35,111 nucleotides of DNA from Nitrospirae bacterium CG1_02_44_142 (GCA_001871685.1 MNVK01000010.1:1-35111), one strand, 5' to 3'; positions 15,205-24,013 are shown, counted from the first letter of the stretch. Numbers and translations: made by a program. The notes: generated from the letters alone by a model not told the origin.

Positions 15205-16626
15205 TTAATATTTCAGTTCAGCCTTTTTCTGGTTGGCAACAACAATAAGCGCAAAATTCTCAGCATCAAGATATTTTCCGGCGGCGCGCAGCACATCTTC
15301 TTTAGTTACCGCCTCTATGTAAGAAGGGTATTTTTCTGCGTAATCAAGCCCAAGATTATAAAACTCGGCCGTTGCGAGAAAGTCTGCAATCTTCCTGCTG
15401 GTGTCAAGCCTTCTTGGAAAGCTCCCTGTAAGGTAAGCCTTTGCTCCGGAAAGTTCCTCGCCAGAGACTTTCTCCTTTCTGATTTTTTCTATCTGTTTCA
15501 GTATCTCTTCTATCGCTGTATTTGCCGATTCATTTTTTGTCTGTACTTCAATCTGGAATAAACCCTTTTCCTTGTTTGGAGCGAAAAAACTGCTGACGTC
15601 ATAAGCAAGCCCCATCTCATCTCTTATTTTCTGCATAAGCCTGGATGCAAAGCCGCCGCTGCCGAGTATGTAGTTCATAACAGAAACAGCATAATAATCA
15701 GGGTTGTCCCTGCTTATACCGAGATGCCCGATGATTATGCTCGCCTGCGTAACGTCTCTGTCTATCTTTACGACCTTTTTTGTTTTCTCCTCGCTCATTG
15801 GATGGATTTTCCTCTCCGGCAGTTCAGCCATCTTCCATGAATCAAGATATTTTTTAATGAGAGAATTTAATTCGGCAGGCGTAAGGTCGCCGACAACTGA
15901 AAGTATTGCATTGTTGGGGATGAAATATTTTGAATGGAATCTCAAAAGGTCTTCCCGTGTTATTTCTGAAAGGGTTTCTGCGGAGCCTTCCACAAGCCTG
16001 CCGTAAGGATGTTCTCCGAAGGCCTCTTTTTTAAATGAACGCTCTGCAAGAAAAGACGGGTCTTCTTCCCTCTGCTTCAGAGAGCCTTTTATTAGCTCTC
16101 TTTTCCTTTCAAGTTCTTCCTGCGGGAATACAGGGTTCAGAATTATATCTGAGAAAATCTCAAAACCTTTTTCTATATCTTTTTTAAGCACGGAAAGCGT
16201 TACTGTTGTGTAATCGCTTCCTGCCGAGGCGCCGAGCCCTGCGCCTATAAATTCAATCTCCTCGCTTATCTCCGCTGATTTCCTATTTTTGGTCCCTTCA
16301 TCAAGAAGCTCTGCCGTAAGATTGGCAAGCCCGGCCTTTTCTTTTAGCTCGTCAAGCGGCCCGGCTTTTACGATAAGGGTAATCATGACAATAGGCAGAT
16401 TGTGTTTTTCAGCATGCAGAACCGTAAGCCCGTTAGGAAGCATCTTTTTGTTTGCATCAAGGGCATAAGCAGAAGTGAACAGTGAACAGTGAACAGTGAA
16501 CAGTAAGATGAGCCCAGCAGCCCAGTAGCGCAGCAGTCCGGTAGTTAAAGATTTCTGCACTAAAGACTGCTGCTCTCCGCCCGAGGCGGATGCTCTACTG
16601 CTCCGTTGCTCTCTTGACCCTTTCAC
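15205..16626 (-). CDS. M16-family peptidase, non-catalytic-type subunit (no HxxEH)
   Basis: 473 aa with M16 N- and C-terminal domains. The HxxEH position is replaced (NLTAELLDEGT). It is paired with the HxxEH-bearing M16 gene 10 nt upstream. The N-terminal roughly 55 aa are encoded largely by repeats. Confidence 0.8.
   Translation of the reverse strand: MKGSREQRSSRASASGGEQQSLVQKSLTTGLLRYWAAGLILLFTVHCSLFTSAYALDANKKMLPNGLTVLHAEKHNLPIVMITLIVKAGPLDELKEKAGLANLTAELLDEGTKNRKSAEISEEIEFIGAGLGASAGSDYTTVTLSVLKKDIEKGFEIFSDIILNPVFPQEELERKRELIKGSLKQREEDPSFLAERSFKKEAFGEHPYGRLVEGSAETLSEITREDLLRFHSKYFIPNNAILSVVGDLTPAELNSLIKKYLDSWKMAELPERKIHPMSEEKTKKVVKIDRDVTQASIIIGHLGISRDNPDYYAVSVMNYILGSGGFASRLMQKIRDEMGLAYDVSSFFAPNKEKGLFQIEVQTKNESANTAIEEILKQIEKIRKEKVSGEELSGAKAYLTGSFPRRLDTSRKIADFLATAEFYNLGLDYAEKYPSYIEAVTKEDVLRAAGKYLDAENFALIVVANQKKAELKY
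16475..16504. repeat. Tandem heptamer GTGAACA x4 inside the M16 N-terminal region
   Basis: The sequence is GTGAACA GTGAACA GTGAACA GTGAACA GT. It is translated on the minus strand as FTVHCSLFTS, which is the hydrophobic core of the apparent signal peptide. Confidence 0.85.
16576..16590. repeat. TCCGCC-CGA-GGCGGA palindrome inside the M16 5' region
   Basis: It has the same 6-bp stem as the holB element at 14319-14333. It is translated as ASASGGE. Confidence 0.7.
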
Positions 16627-16636
16627 TTTTAACTCC

Positions 16637-17971
16637 TCACTTCTTAATTGGTATTAATATTCCCACTGTCCTGTTGTCTTCATGGAGGTATTTCTTTGCA
16701 GCCCTGCTTACATCCTCCGGCGTTATTTTCCTAATGTTTTCAAGATACTGCTCCTTCAGCTTCCAACTGCCGAGCATCTCAAACATCCCTGTTATCTCTG
16801 CCTGAAAATATATTGAGTCCTGGCCCATAACAAACGACGCCTCAATCTGGTTTTTTGCCTTCTGGACTTCGCGTTCTGTCGGCGGTTCCCTCTTTATCTT
16901 TTCTATCTCGGCATCCAGAGCGTTTTCAACATCCTTTATGTCTTTGCCGGGCGCTGCTGCTGCCGCAAACAAAAAGAGATAAGGGTCTTTATTAAGTCCG
17001 CTGTAGTCGGCAGAGGCGCTAATGGCGAGTTTCTTTTCATAGATTATGGACATGTAAAGCCTTGAACTTTTGCCGCCCGATAAAATCATTCCAAGAACCT
17101 CAAGGGCATAACTGTCAGGATGCGGGAAACTCGGGGTGTGATATACGGTAATTATATAAGGGAGTTCCGCCTCTCTCTTCAGGCTTATTCTCCGCTCGCC
17201 TTTCTGTTCGCTTTCTTTTGAAGTGACAACTACTCTGCCGGAAGCGGGAGCAATGTCTCCGAAAGACGCCTTTATCTTTTTAATAATTTCATCTGCCTGA
17301 ATATCCCCTGAAACAACAATCACTGCGTTGTCAGGTGAATAATATGCCTTGTAATGACCGAGAAGGCCGTTTCTTTCTATTGAAGAAATGTCGGACATCC
17401 AGCCTATCACAGGCCAGTGATATGAATGAGACTTGAATGCTGCAGCAACAACCTCTTCATATAATGAATTCTGCGGGTCATCGTCATACCGCATCCTCCG
17501 CTCTTCCATCACGACATCCCTTTCTGCAATAACCTCTTTTGGAGCAAGGATAAGGTTTTGCATCCTGTCCGCCTCAAGCTCTATTGATATGTCTATCCTG
17601 TCTGATACAAGCGTCTGATAGTACATCGTATAATCCTTGGTTGTGAAGGCGTTGTCAACTCCGCCGTTTTTCTTCACCATCTTTGAAAATGCCTTTGAGC
17701 CGTATTTTTGGGTGCCTTTGAACATCATATGCTCAAGCAGATGGCTTATGCCGCTTTTCCCCGCAGGCTCATCCCTTGAGCCGACCCGATACCATATCTG
17801 AAAAGTTGCCAGCGGAGACTTATGGTCTTCAATGACAAGAACCTTTAGCCCGTTGTCAAGTTTGTACTCCTTTACCCCGTTAGAAACGGTGTTTCTGACG
17901 GGGTTTACTTCCGCTTTGAGGGATAGGGGAAGAAGGAGAAAGATGAATATTAAAAGCGCCAGTTTTCTCAT
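16637..17971 (-). CDS. M16-family zinc peptidase, catalytic-type subunit
   Basis: 444 aa. It has a signal peptide (MRKLALLIFIFLLLPLSLKA) and the inverted zinc motif HLLEHMMFKGT (HxxEH). Confidence 0.9.
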   Translation of the reverse strand: MRKLALLIFIFLLLPLSLKAEVNPVRNTVSNGVKEYKLDNGLKVLVIEDHKSPLATFQIWYRVGSRDEPAGKSGISHLLEHMMFKGTQKYGSKAFSKMVKKNGGVDNAFTTKDYTMYYQTLVSDRIDISIELEADRMQNLILAPKEVIAERDVVMEERRMRYDDDPQNSLYEEVVAAAFKSHSYHWPVIGWMSDISSIERNGLLGHYKAYYSPDNAVIVVSGDIQADEIIKKIKASFGDIAPASGRVVVTSKESEQKGERRISLKREAELPYIITVYHTPSFPHPDSYALEVLGMILSGGKSSRLYMSIIYEKKLAISASADYSGLNKDPYLFLFAAAAAPGKDIKDVENALDAEIEKIKREPPTEREVQKAKNQIEASFVMGQDSIYFQAEITGMFEMLGSWKLKEQYLENIRKITPEDVSRAAKKYLHEDNRTVGILIPIKK

Positions 17972-18027
17972 GATTTTAATGATAGCATAACATGGAGAAA
18001 TGGTTGTATAGCGCTAAGCGATATGAT

Positions 18028-18219
18028 TTAACGATGTCTTGTCTCATCAGCAGTCATGTCGAACTCAAGCTTGCCTCTCTTGGATTTTATCTTTTCTATT
18101 TTCTTTTTCATCAAATATTCATTAATCGCAATCTTCACAGCCGCCGCCTTGCTTTTGCTCTTTGTTTCCCTCATGAGCAGACTCATCTTATCCTGTTCGA
18201 TTGTCACGGTTGCACGCAT
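18028..18219 (-). CDS. VapB-type (DUF2191-like) antitoxin homologue with no adjacent toxin
   Basis: The track ORF runs to 18264. The ATG at 18219 is preceded by AGGAGG. The product MRATVTIEQDKMSLLMRETKSKSKAAAVKIAINEYL...RGKLEF matches the MRTTIDIDDxLL...K.EAV..AL pattern of VapB antitoxins. No PIN gene follows. Confidence 0.6.
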   Translation of the reverse strand: MRATVTIEQDKMSLLMRETKSKSKAAAVKIAINEYLMKKKIEKIKSKRGKLEFDMTADETRHR

Positions 18220-18331
18220 GTTGCCTCCTTGTGTATACACAAATATACCATAATTTATTTGCAATACAAGATTCTGTGCCGAATACGGGATGTTTTAATC
18301 AAGCTCTTTTCTCATAGAAAGATGATTCTCA

Positions 18332-18361
18332 TTGACTAATATTGTCCAATGTTGTACATTG
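18332..18361 (+). promoter_or_regulatory. Putative promoter with an overlapping palindromic operator upstream of the HTH-MTase
   Basis: The plus strand reads TTGACT (18332-18337), a 17-nt spacer, then TACATT (18355-18360). The palindrome CAATGT-TGT-ACATTG (18347-18361) overlaps the -10 element. Confidence 0.45.
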
Positions 18362-18377
18362 ATAATGTGGCGGTTCT

Positions 18378-19988
18378 ATGAAAACTGATTCATTGACATC
18401 AATGCTAAATACTAAACAAGCGGCAAGGCATCTCGGTGTCAGCCCTAAAACAATTTACAGAATGGAAGAAAAAGGGCTGATTCAATCTATCAGAACACCG
18501 GGCGGCCAGCGAAGGTTTAATAAAAACACGCTCGACAAATATTTACAAGAAAGCAAATCCTTCAGTGCGCCCCAAAATCCAAGCAGATATAAAACAAACA
18601 CATTTCACAAGCCTTCCTTTGTAAAAGAACAATCCGCTAAGTATTCCCTCTTTTCATTGCCTGAAATTGAACCGTCGGCAAACATCTCAAAACTACAGCA
18701 GCAAATTGCTGTCAGGAATTTTAGAAGCCACAAGCAACATTATGATTCTGCATTAGATTTATTTAAATGGATTGATGAATGGGATTTTAAAACCTACAAA
18801 ACCAAAACATACACTCACGGGTTCCATACCTATCCGGCAATGTTTATTCCCCAAGTTGCGCGTAAATTAATACAGGTCTTTTCGCATGAAGGCGAGACAG
18901 TCTGCGATATCTTTTGCGGATCTGGAACTACACTTGTTGAAAGCAGTCTTTTAAATAGAAATTCCATCGGAATAGAACTCAATCCACTTGCAGTTTTAAT
19001 TGCCAAAGTTAAAACAACCCCGATAGATCCGAAAACTTTGACCAACAGTTTACAGGCGATCGTAACCGATTACAAAAACGTAAAGAATATTTCTCATCCG
19101 AAATTTACCAATGTTGATTTCTGGTTTTCCGAAACAGTCATCAAAGACCTTGCCAGACTAAAACAGGCAATACAAAACATATCAGAAGAGAACATCAGGA
19201 ATTTCTTCTCGGTTTGTTTCAGTGAAGTTGTAAGAATTGTTTCGTTTACCCGCCATAAGGAGTTTAAACTGTTCAGGGACAAAAGTAAATTAGAGAAATC
19301 CTTCCATCCCAATGTAATAAATGAATTTATGAAAATGTGTGAAAATAATATCCTCGGCATGAAAGAATATGTTTATGATGTAACCCCAAATGCCAACGCA
19401 AAAATAATTCTCGGAGATTCAACAAAGGATAATGGAACACCTGCAAGCTCTGTAGACTTCATTATAACTTCACCTCCATACGGGGACAGCAGGACTACGG
19501 TAGCGTATGGACAATTTTCAAGACTGCCGGCTCAATGGTTGGAATTATTGCCGCCCCACATAAAAGATATAGACAAAGAACTTCTCGGAGGCAAGAACAA
19601 TATAAATTTGAAAGACCCGATCCTTGATTTATCCGAGACTCTGAAATTAGCCATAAAGGTTGTCTCTGATAGAGACAAGGAACGGGCAAAAGACGTTTTA
19701 AGTTTCTATATTGACTTATTCAAAGCTCTCCAGCAGGCATATAAAATTTTAAAGCCTAAAAAATATTTTTGCCTAATTGTCGGCAATAGAACCGTGAAAG
19801 AATTGGTTCTGAAAACTGATGAGATAATTTGTGAGTTAGCGGAAAAGATTGATTTTGTTTCTCAAGGAATACTCTACAGAAACATTCCTAATAAAAGAAT
19901 GCCGCTCAGAAATAGCCCGACTAATGAACCGGGCAAGACAGGGCTTACAATGCAAAAGGAGAGTATTGTTTTATTAAAAAAGCTGTAA
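18378..19988 (+). CDS. DNA amino-methyltransferase (probably N4-cytosine) with an N-terminal excisionase/MerR-type HTH
   Basis: 536 aa. The N-terminus LNTKQAARHLGVSPKTIYRMEEKGLIQSIRTPGGQRRF is an HTH. Motif I is DIFCGSGTTLVES and motif IV is IITSPPYGDS. The gene is convergent with the MvaI/BcnI-like endonuclease gene. Confidence 0.85.
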   Translation: MKTDSLTSMLNTKQAARHLGVSPKTIYRMEEKGLIQSIRTPGGQRRFNKNTLDKYLQESKSFSAPQNPSRYKTNTFHKPSFVKEQSAKYSLFSLPEIEPSANISKLQQQIAVRNFRSHKQHYDSALDLFKWIDEWDFKTYKTKTYTHGFHTYPAMFIPQVARKLIQVFSHEGETVCDIFCGSGTTLVESSLLNRNSIGIELNPLAVLIAKVKTTPIDPKTLTNSLQAIVTDYKNVKNISHPKFTNVDFWFSETVIKDLARLKQAIQNISEENIRNFFSVCFSEVVRIVSFTRHKEFKLFRDKSKLEKSFHPNVINEFMKMCENNILGMKEYVYDVTPNANAKIILGDSTKDNGTPASSVDFIITSPPYGDSRTTVAYGQFSRLPAQWLELLPPHIKDIDKELLGGKNNINLKDPILDLSETLKLAIKVVSDRDKERAKDVLSFYIDLFKALQQAYKILKPKKYFCLIVGNRTVKELVLKTDEIICELAEKIDFVSQGILYRNIPNKRMPLRNSPTNEPGKTGLTMQKESIVLLKKL

Positions 19989-20007
19989 TATCTGTTTCAT
20001 TCAATAT

Positions 20008-20715
20008 CTACAAAATCTTCTCATAATTGTCATACAACAACAAAAAATCTCCCTTCTTCATTCTGAAGCCGGTGCCATGATCATGATATTTGCCTTTATT
20101 TTTCCCACTTCGATAAACGCCAATTCGGATGTCTATCTTTAAATAATCATCAGCTATGGCAGAATGAAACTTATCGTAGTTCAGACCTTCCAGTAAATAC
20201 GCTTCTACATAATGAAACTGCTCATTCCCAGATTTTGTGTCTCCTTTTGCCTCGGCTAAGACCAAAAGTATTTTGTTTGACTTGGAAACCAAGACATCTT
20301 CAAATATTTCTTCATCCCAATAAGCTTCTATGTTTTGAGTATTTTCCAAAAACAGTTTTCCTTCTTTGTATTTAATCCTGAATCCCTGAGGATTAGTTCT
20401 TGAGCCATAGACTGTGGAATGGAGGTTCCAGTAACCTTCAGCATCTGAATATTTATATTGTTCAAACAACCGTCTGTTAATCCCTCTCGGTTTAGGAGAT
20501 TTTGTTGCCAATGTTAGCATGCTGTTTGAATCATTTCTTTTTGCTTTAATCTCGATTTCTCCGACATCCGGCAAACGAATATTGTTCTCTTTAATACCCA
20601 ATAGATCTTCTAAGGTCTTCCCAATGCCTGTATTATGTGCTCTGTGTGTTTTAACGAAACCCATCGCCTTGATTTTTTCGAGCTTGGCTTTTAAATCCTG
20701 AATTATCAGTGACAT
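20008..20715 (-). CDS. Type II restriction endonuclease, MvaI/BcnI (MutH-like) family
   Basis: 235 aa. It carries GIGKTLEDLLGIKENNIRLPDVGEIEIKAKR, EQFHYVEAYLL and HDHGTGFRM. These match my recollection of the conserved blocks of BcnI/MvaI (G..GQ.LE..fG..ENN...DlGE.ElK; EQFHF.kAY.L; HDRG..lRI). The size also fits, at about 240 aa. Confidence 0.6.
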   Translation of the reverse strand: MSLIIQDLKAKLEKIKAMGFVKTHRAHNTGIGKTLEDLLGIKENNIRLPDVGEIEIKAKRNDSNSMLTLATKSPKPRGINRRLFEQYKYSDAEGYWNLHSTVYGSRTNPQGFRIKYKEGKLFLENTQNIEAYWDEEIFEDVLVSKSNKILLVLAEAKGDTKSGNEQFHYVEAYLLEGLNYDKFHSAIADDYLKIDIRIGVYRSGKNKGKYHDHGTGFRMKKGDFLLLYDNYEKIL

Positions 20716-20716
20716 A

Positions 20717-20938
20717 TTATTTTGTGAAGAATGGAAGGGGTTTCTTATAGAGCTTTGCGAGCCTATTCAATTCTACGATGTCTAATCTCCGCTCCCCTGA
20801 CTCGCATTTCGAGATGTATGACTGCGGTTTGCCGAGCTTCTCGGCAACATCCTTTTGCGTTAGCCCTGCTTCAACACGAGCCGTTTTAAGCTGCCCTAAA
20901 ACGTATTCATATTCTTTCGAATAAATGCTCTTGCCCAT
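20717..20938 (-). CDS. Controller (C) protein, XRE-type HTH
   Basis: 73 aa. The HTH is LTQKDVAEKLGKPQSYISKCESGERRLDIVEL. Its stop is 1 nt before the endonuclease ATG, which is the typical C-R operon layout. Palindromic C-boxes lie immediately upstream. Confidence 0.8.
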   Translation of the reverse strand: MGKSIYSKEYEYVLGQLKTARVEAGLTQKDVAEKLGKPQSYISKCESGERRLDIVELNRLAKLYKKPLPFFTK

Positions 20939-20987
20939 ATTTTAGGATATAATATATCCTAAAATAGAATATCCCAAATCAGGATAT
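20939..20987. promoter_or_regulatory. C-box operators (two palindromes sharing GGATAT half-sites)
   Basis: ATTTTAGGATAT-AAT-ATATCCTAAAAT (20939-20965) has perfect 12-bp arms and abuts the C-gene ATG. ATATCC-N7-GGATAT lies at 20969-20987. Confidence 0.7.
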
Positions 20988-21061
20988 GGAATTTAAGGTA
21001 TATTTAGCCATAATAATGACATGCAAGGGTGATGATACCCTTTTGGTAAATCATTTTGCCA

Positions 21062-22783
21062 TTATTCTCTCTTTTTCTTGAGAACTTTCATAAGGCTATT
21101 ATAACCCAGCGTATTCAGCACGTCATTTTTCTCAAGCCATCCCCTCTTTGCTATTGATATGCCGTAAAACATGTAGTCAAACTGGCTTATAAGATGTGTG
21201 TCTGTGCTTATGACAAACTTAATCCCGAGTTCCTTCGCCGTTTTTGCATAGATGTCATTGAGGTCAAGCCTCAGCGGGTATGCATTTATCTCAAGAGCGG
21301 TTCCGGTCTCTTTTGCAATTTTAAGAATATAGTCCATATCTGCTTCGTAGGGGTCTCTCTCTCCAATAAGCCTTCCTGTCGGATGCGCAATCACAGACAC
21401 ATAGGGGTTCTTCATTGCCGAGACAAGCCTTTTTGTGAGCTGCTCCTTGCTCTGTCTGAATCCCGAATGTATGGATGCAACGACAATATCCATCTTTGCA
21501 AGGACTTCATCAGAAAAATCCATCCTGCCGTCGCTTCTTATATCAACCTCAATCCCCATCAGGAGTTTAAAACCGCGGAGTTTTTTATTTAAAGCGTCTA
21601 TTGCTTTTTTCTCTTCCATCAGCCTTTCCTCATTCAGCCCCCTTGCAATGCCGAGCCCTTTTGAATGGTCTGTAATTGCTATATACTCATAGCCCCTTTC
21701 TTCTGCCGCGCTGACAAGTTCTTCAACAGTATGGCTGCCGTCACTCTGATTGGTATGGACATGAAGGTCTCCTCTTATGTCTTTAAGTTCAATTAGTTTC
21801 GGGAGGGCCTTGTTCAGGGCAGCCTCAAGCTCTCCCCTGTCTTCCCTCAGTTCAGGCGGGACGTATTGAAGCCCGAGTATATTGTAAATGTCTTCCTCGT
21901 TTTTGCCTCCGAGTTTTTTATTGTCCTTTTCCCTGAATATGCCGTATTCATTTATCTTAAGCCCTTTCTTTACAGCCATCTCCCTTAAACGTATATTGTG
22001 CTCTTTGCTGCCTGTAAAATAGGCGAGCGCTGCTCCGAAAGATTCTTCTTCAACTACCCGCAGGTCAACCTGAATGTCCTCTGCTGTTATAATGCTTGAC
22101 TTTGTAGCGCCCTGCATCAGTACTTCTTTTACATCAGGAAGATGAACAAATGTTTTCATGACGTCATGCGCATTGAATGAGGTTATTAGAATATCAATGT
22201 CCCGTACAGTGTCTTTCATCCTCCGCAGGCTTCCCGCAAGGCTTATTTTTTTAACAGGCGCGTTTTTTTTAAGGTATTCCACAATATCAGAGGCAAGCGG
22301 CAATACCCTGCCCAAGGGCTGCCTTTCTTTGCCCCTTTTTAGCATCTCAATCCCTCTGATTATATTTTCCTCTGTCTTTTCCTTTATCCCCGGAAGCCCG
22401 GCAAGTTTATGCTCTCCTGCGAGCTTCTCAAGCTCGTCAATGTTTTTTATTTTTAGTTTTTCGTGAAGGAGTTTTGCTGTTTTTGGGCCAAGGCTTGGAA
22501 CGGAAAGGAGTTCAGCAAGGCCTTCGGGAACCTCTTTTTTCAGTTCTTCATAACTTGCGACTTTTCCCGTCTTTAGATATTCCTCAATCTTGTCAGCGAG
22601 GTCTTTCCCTATGCCCGGTATTTCAAGAAGTTCTTCTCTGGTCAAGTCTGCGATGTTTTTTGCATGTCCCTCAATGTTCTGCGCAGCTCTTCGGTATGCC
22701 CTGATGCGAAACGGGTTTTCGCCTTTTATCTCAAGCAAGTCGGCAATCTCATTGAAGATAGCGGCTATTTCCTGATTCTTCAT
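21062..22783 (-). CDS. polX: Family X DNA polymerase with C-terminal PHP domain
   Basis: 573 aa. It has an N-terminal HhH/8-kDa-like region (IADLLEIKGENPFRIRAYRRAA), a nucleotidyltransferase core (GSLRR..DTVRDIDIL) and the PHP motif DLHVHTNQSDG. Confidence 0.9.
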   Translation of the reverse strand: MKNQEIAAIFNEIADLLEIKGENPFRIRAYRRAAQNIEGHAKNIADLTREELLEIPGIGKDLADKIEEYLKTGKVASYEELKKEVPEGLAELLSVPSLGPKTAKLLHEKLKIKNIDELEKLAGEHKLAGLPGIKEKTEENIIRGIEMLKRGKERQPLGRVLPLASDIVEYLKKNAPVKKISLAGSLRRMKDTVRDIDILITSFNAHDVMKTFVHLPDVKEVLMQGATKSSIITAEDIQVDLRVVEEESFGAALAYFTGSKEHNIRLREMAVKKGLKINEYGIFREKDNKKLGGKNEEDIYNILGLQYVPPELREDRGELEAALNKALPKLIELKDIRGDLHVHTNQSDGSHTVEELVSAAEERGYEYIAITDHSKGLGIARGLNEERLMEEKKAIDALNKKLRGFKLLMGIEVDIRSDGRMDFSDEVLAKMDIVVASIHSGFRQSKEQLTKRLVSAMKNPYVSVIAHPTGRLIGERDPYEADMDYILKIAKETGTALEINAYPLRLDLNDIYAKTAKELGIKFVISTDTHLISQFDYMFYGISIAKRGWLEKNDVLNTLGYNSLMKVLKKKRE

Positions 22784-23036
22784 GAGTAAAGTATAGCAGA
22801 AGAAAACCTCTAAGATTATGCTGTGTATAAGTTATTGCTGTTGCTGAACCCTTTGAGCGGCATCAGAGAATTTTTAGTAACAAATCTCGGTGAAGTGGAG
22901 GATAAGCAATTTCAACTGTCTGAGTTCCGAAAGCCTTCGGAACGAGTTTTGAAATTGCCCGCAACGAGCCATAGATTTGTCAAAAAGTCTCTGCAGAAAG
23001 CGAAGAGGGGACAGCAACAGCATAGTTTAAATCAAA

Positions 23037-23123
23037 TGGTGCCGAAGGCGGGATTTGAACCCGCACAGCCTTTCGACCACTAGACCCTGAACCTAGCGCG
23101 TCTGCCAGTTCCGCCACTTCGGC
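23037..23123 (-). tRNA. tRNA-Leu (anticodon CAG)
   Basis: The 87-nt minus-strand sequence runs GCCGAAGTGGCGGAACTGGCAGACGCGCTAGGTTCAGGGTCTAG...GCGGGTTCAAATCCCGCCTTCGGCACCA. It has a 7-bp acceptor stem, anticodon loop UUCAGGG, a long variable arm, a T-arm GCGGG/CCCGC and an encoded CCA. Confidence 0.9.
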
Positions 23124-23171
23124 TTTTAGTATTATATAATATTCCGTAGAAGCGATGCAGCATATGTAATT

Positions 23172-24005
23172 ATGGAAATAAAGACAAAAAGGATGCTTTA
23201 CACAATTCTCATCGGGCTGGCTCTTGGTTATCTGCTCCTTATCGGTTTTGTTTATCTGAGGCAGGGCAGCATGGTTTATTATCCGACAAAGGAAATAGAG
23301 GGAACGCCTGCGGACATAGGCTTGAAATATGAAGAGATTACTCTGAAGACAAAGGACAGCGTTAATCTCTCGGCCTGGTATGTGCCGGCAAAGGATGAGC
23401 GCGGGGTTGTGCTTTTCTGCCACGGGAATGCAGGCAATATTTCACACCGTCTGGATTCTATCCGCATATTCCATGATTTAGGACTCAGTGTTTTTATATT
23501 TGATTACAGGGGCTATGGAAGAAGTGAAGGCTCAGCAACAGAAAAAGGGACGTATCTTGATGCAGAATCAGCATGGGAATATCTTGTTAATGTGAAAGGT
23601 GCGCGCCCTGAAAAGATTATATTGTTCGGACGCTCTTTGGGAAGCGCTGTTGCGGCAGAGCTTGCGCTCAAGCATAAAGCAGCGGGCATTATAATTGAAT
23701 CAGGGTTTAAGACTATCCCCGCTCTTGGAGCAAAATTTTTTCCGTATCTCCCGTTAAGATTAATCAGCCGCTTCCAATATTCAACCATTGATAAGGTGGG
23801 CATGATTAAGATGCCGAAACTTTTTATCCACAGCCCGCAGGACGAGATGATTCCTTATGAGCACGGCGCTGCGCTTTTTAAAAATGCGACAGAGCCGAAG
23901 GAATTCCTTCAGATAACAGGCGGGCACAACGAAGGCTTTCTGACATCAGGGAAGATTTACACAGAGGGATTGGGCAGGTTTATCGCAAAAGCCATAAGCC
24001 CCTAA
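23172..24005 (+). CDS. Alpha/beta-fold hydrolase with an N-terminal membrane anchor
   Basis: 277 aa. The N-terminal TM is LYTILIGLALGYLLLIGFVYL. It has the HGNAGN oxyanion region, the nucleophile elbow GRSLGSAVA (GxSxG), and a C-terminal D...H (GGHNEGF). Confidence 0.8.
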   Translation: MEIKTKRMLYTILIGLALGYLLLIGFVYLRQGSMVYYPTKEIEGTPADIGLKYEEITLKTKDSVNLSAWYVPAKDERGVVLFCHGNAGNISHRLDSIRIFHDLGLSVFIFDYRGYGRSEGSATEKGTYLDAESAWEYLVNVKGARPEKIILFGRSLGSAVAAELALKHKAAGIIIESGFKTIPALGAKFFPYLPLRLISRFQYSTIDKVGMIKMPKLFIHSPQDEMIPYEHGAALFKNATEPKEFLQITGGHNEGFLTSGKIYTEGLGRFIAKAISP

Positions 24006-24013
24006 AAATATTC

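Noticed and set aside
17992-18339. 115-aa plus-strand ORF
   Set aside because: It overlaps the VapB-like gene in antisense and runs into the MTase promoter region. It has no motif and no ribosome-binding site.
21026-21043. AAGGGT-GATGAT-ACCCTT hairpin between polX and the C gene as a terminator
   Set aside because: The stem is only 6 bp. The T-run is on the plus strand, where no gene ends. On the minus strand, where polX ends, no T-tract follows.
22823-23423. ORFs 22823-23083 (+) and 22980-23423 (-)
   Set aside because: Both run through the tRNA-Leu gene. The second is also antisense to the alpha/beta hydrolase.
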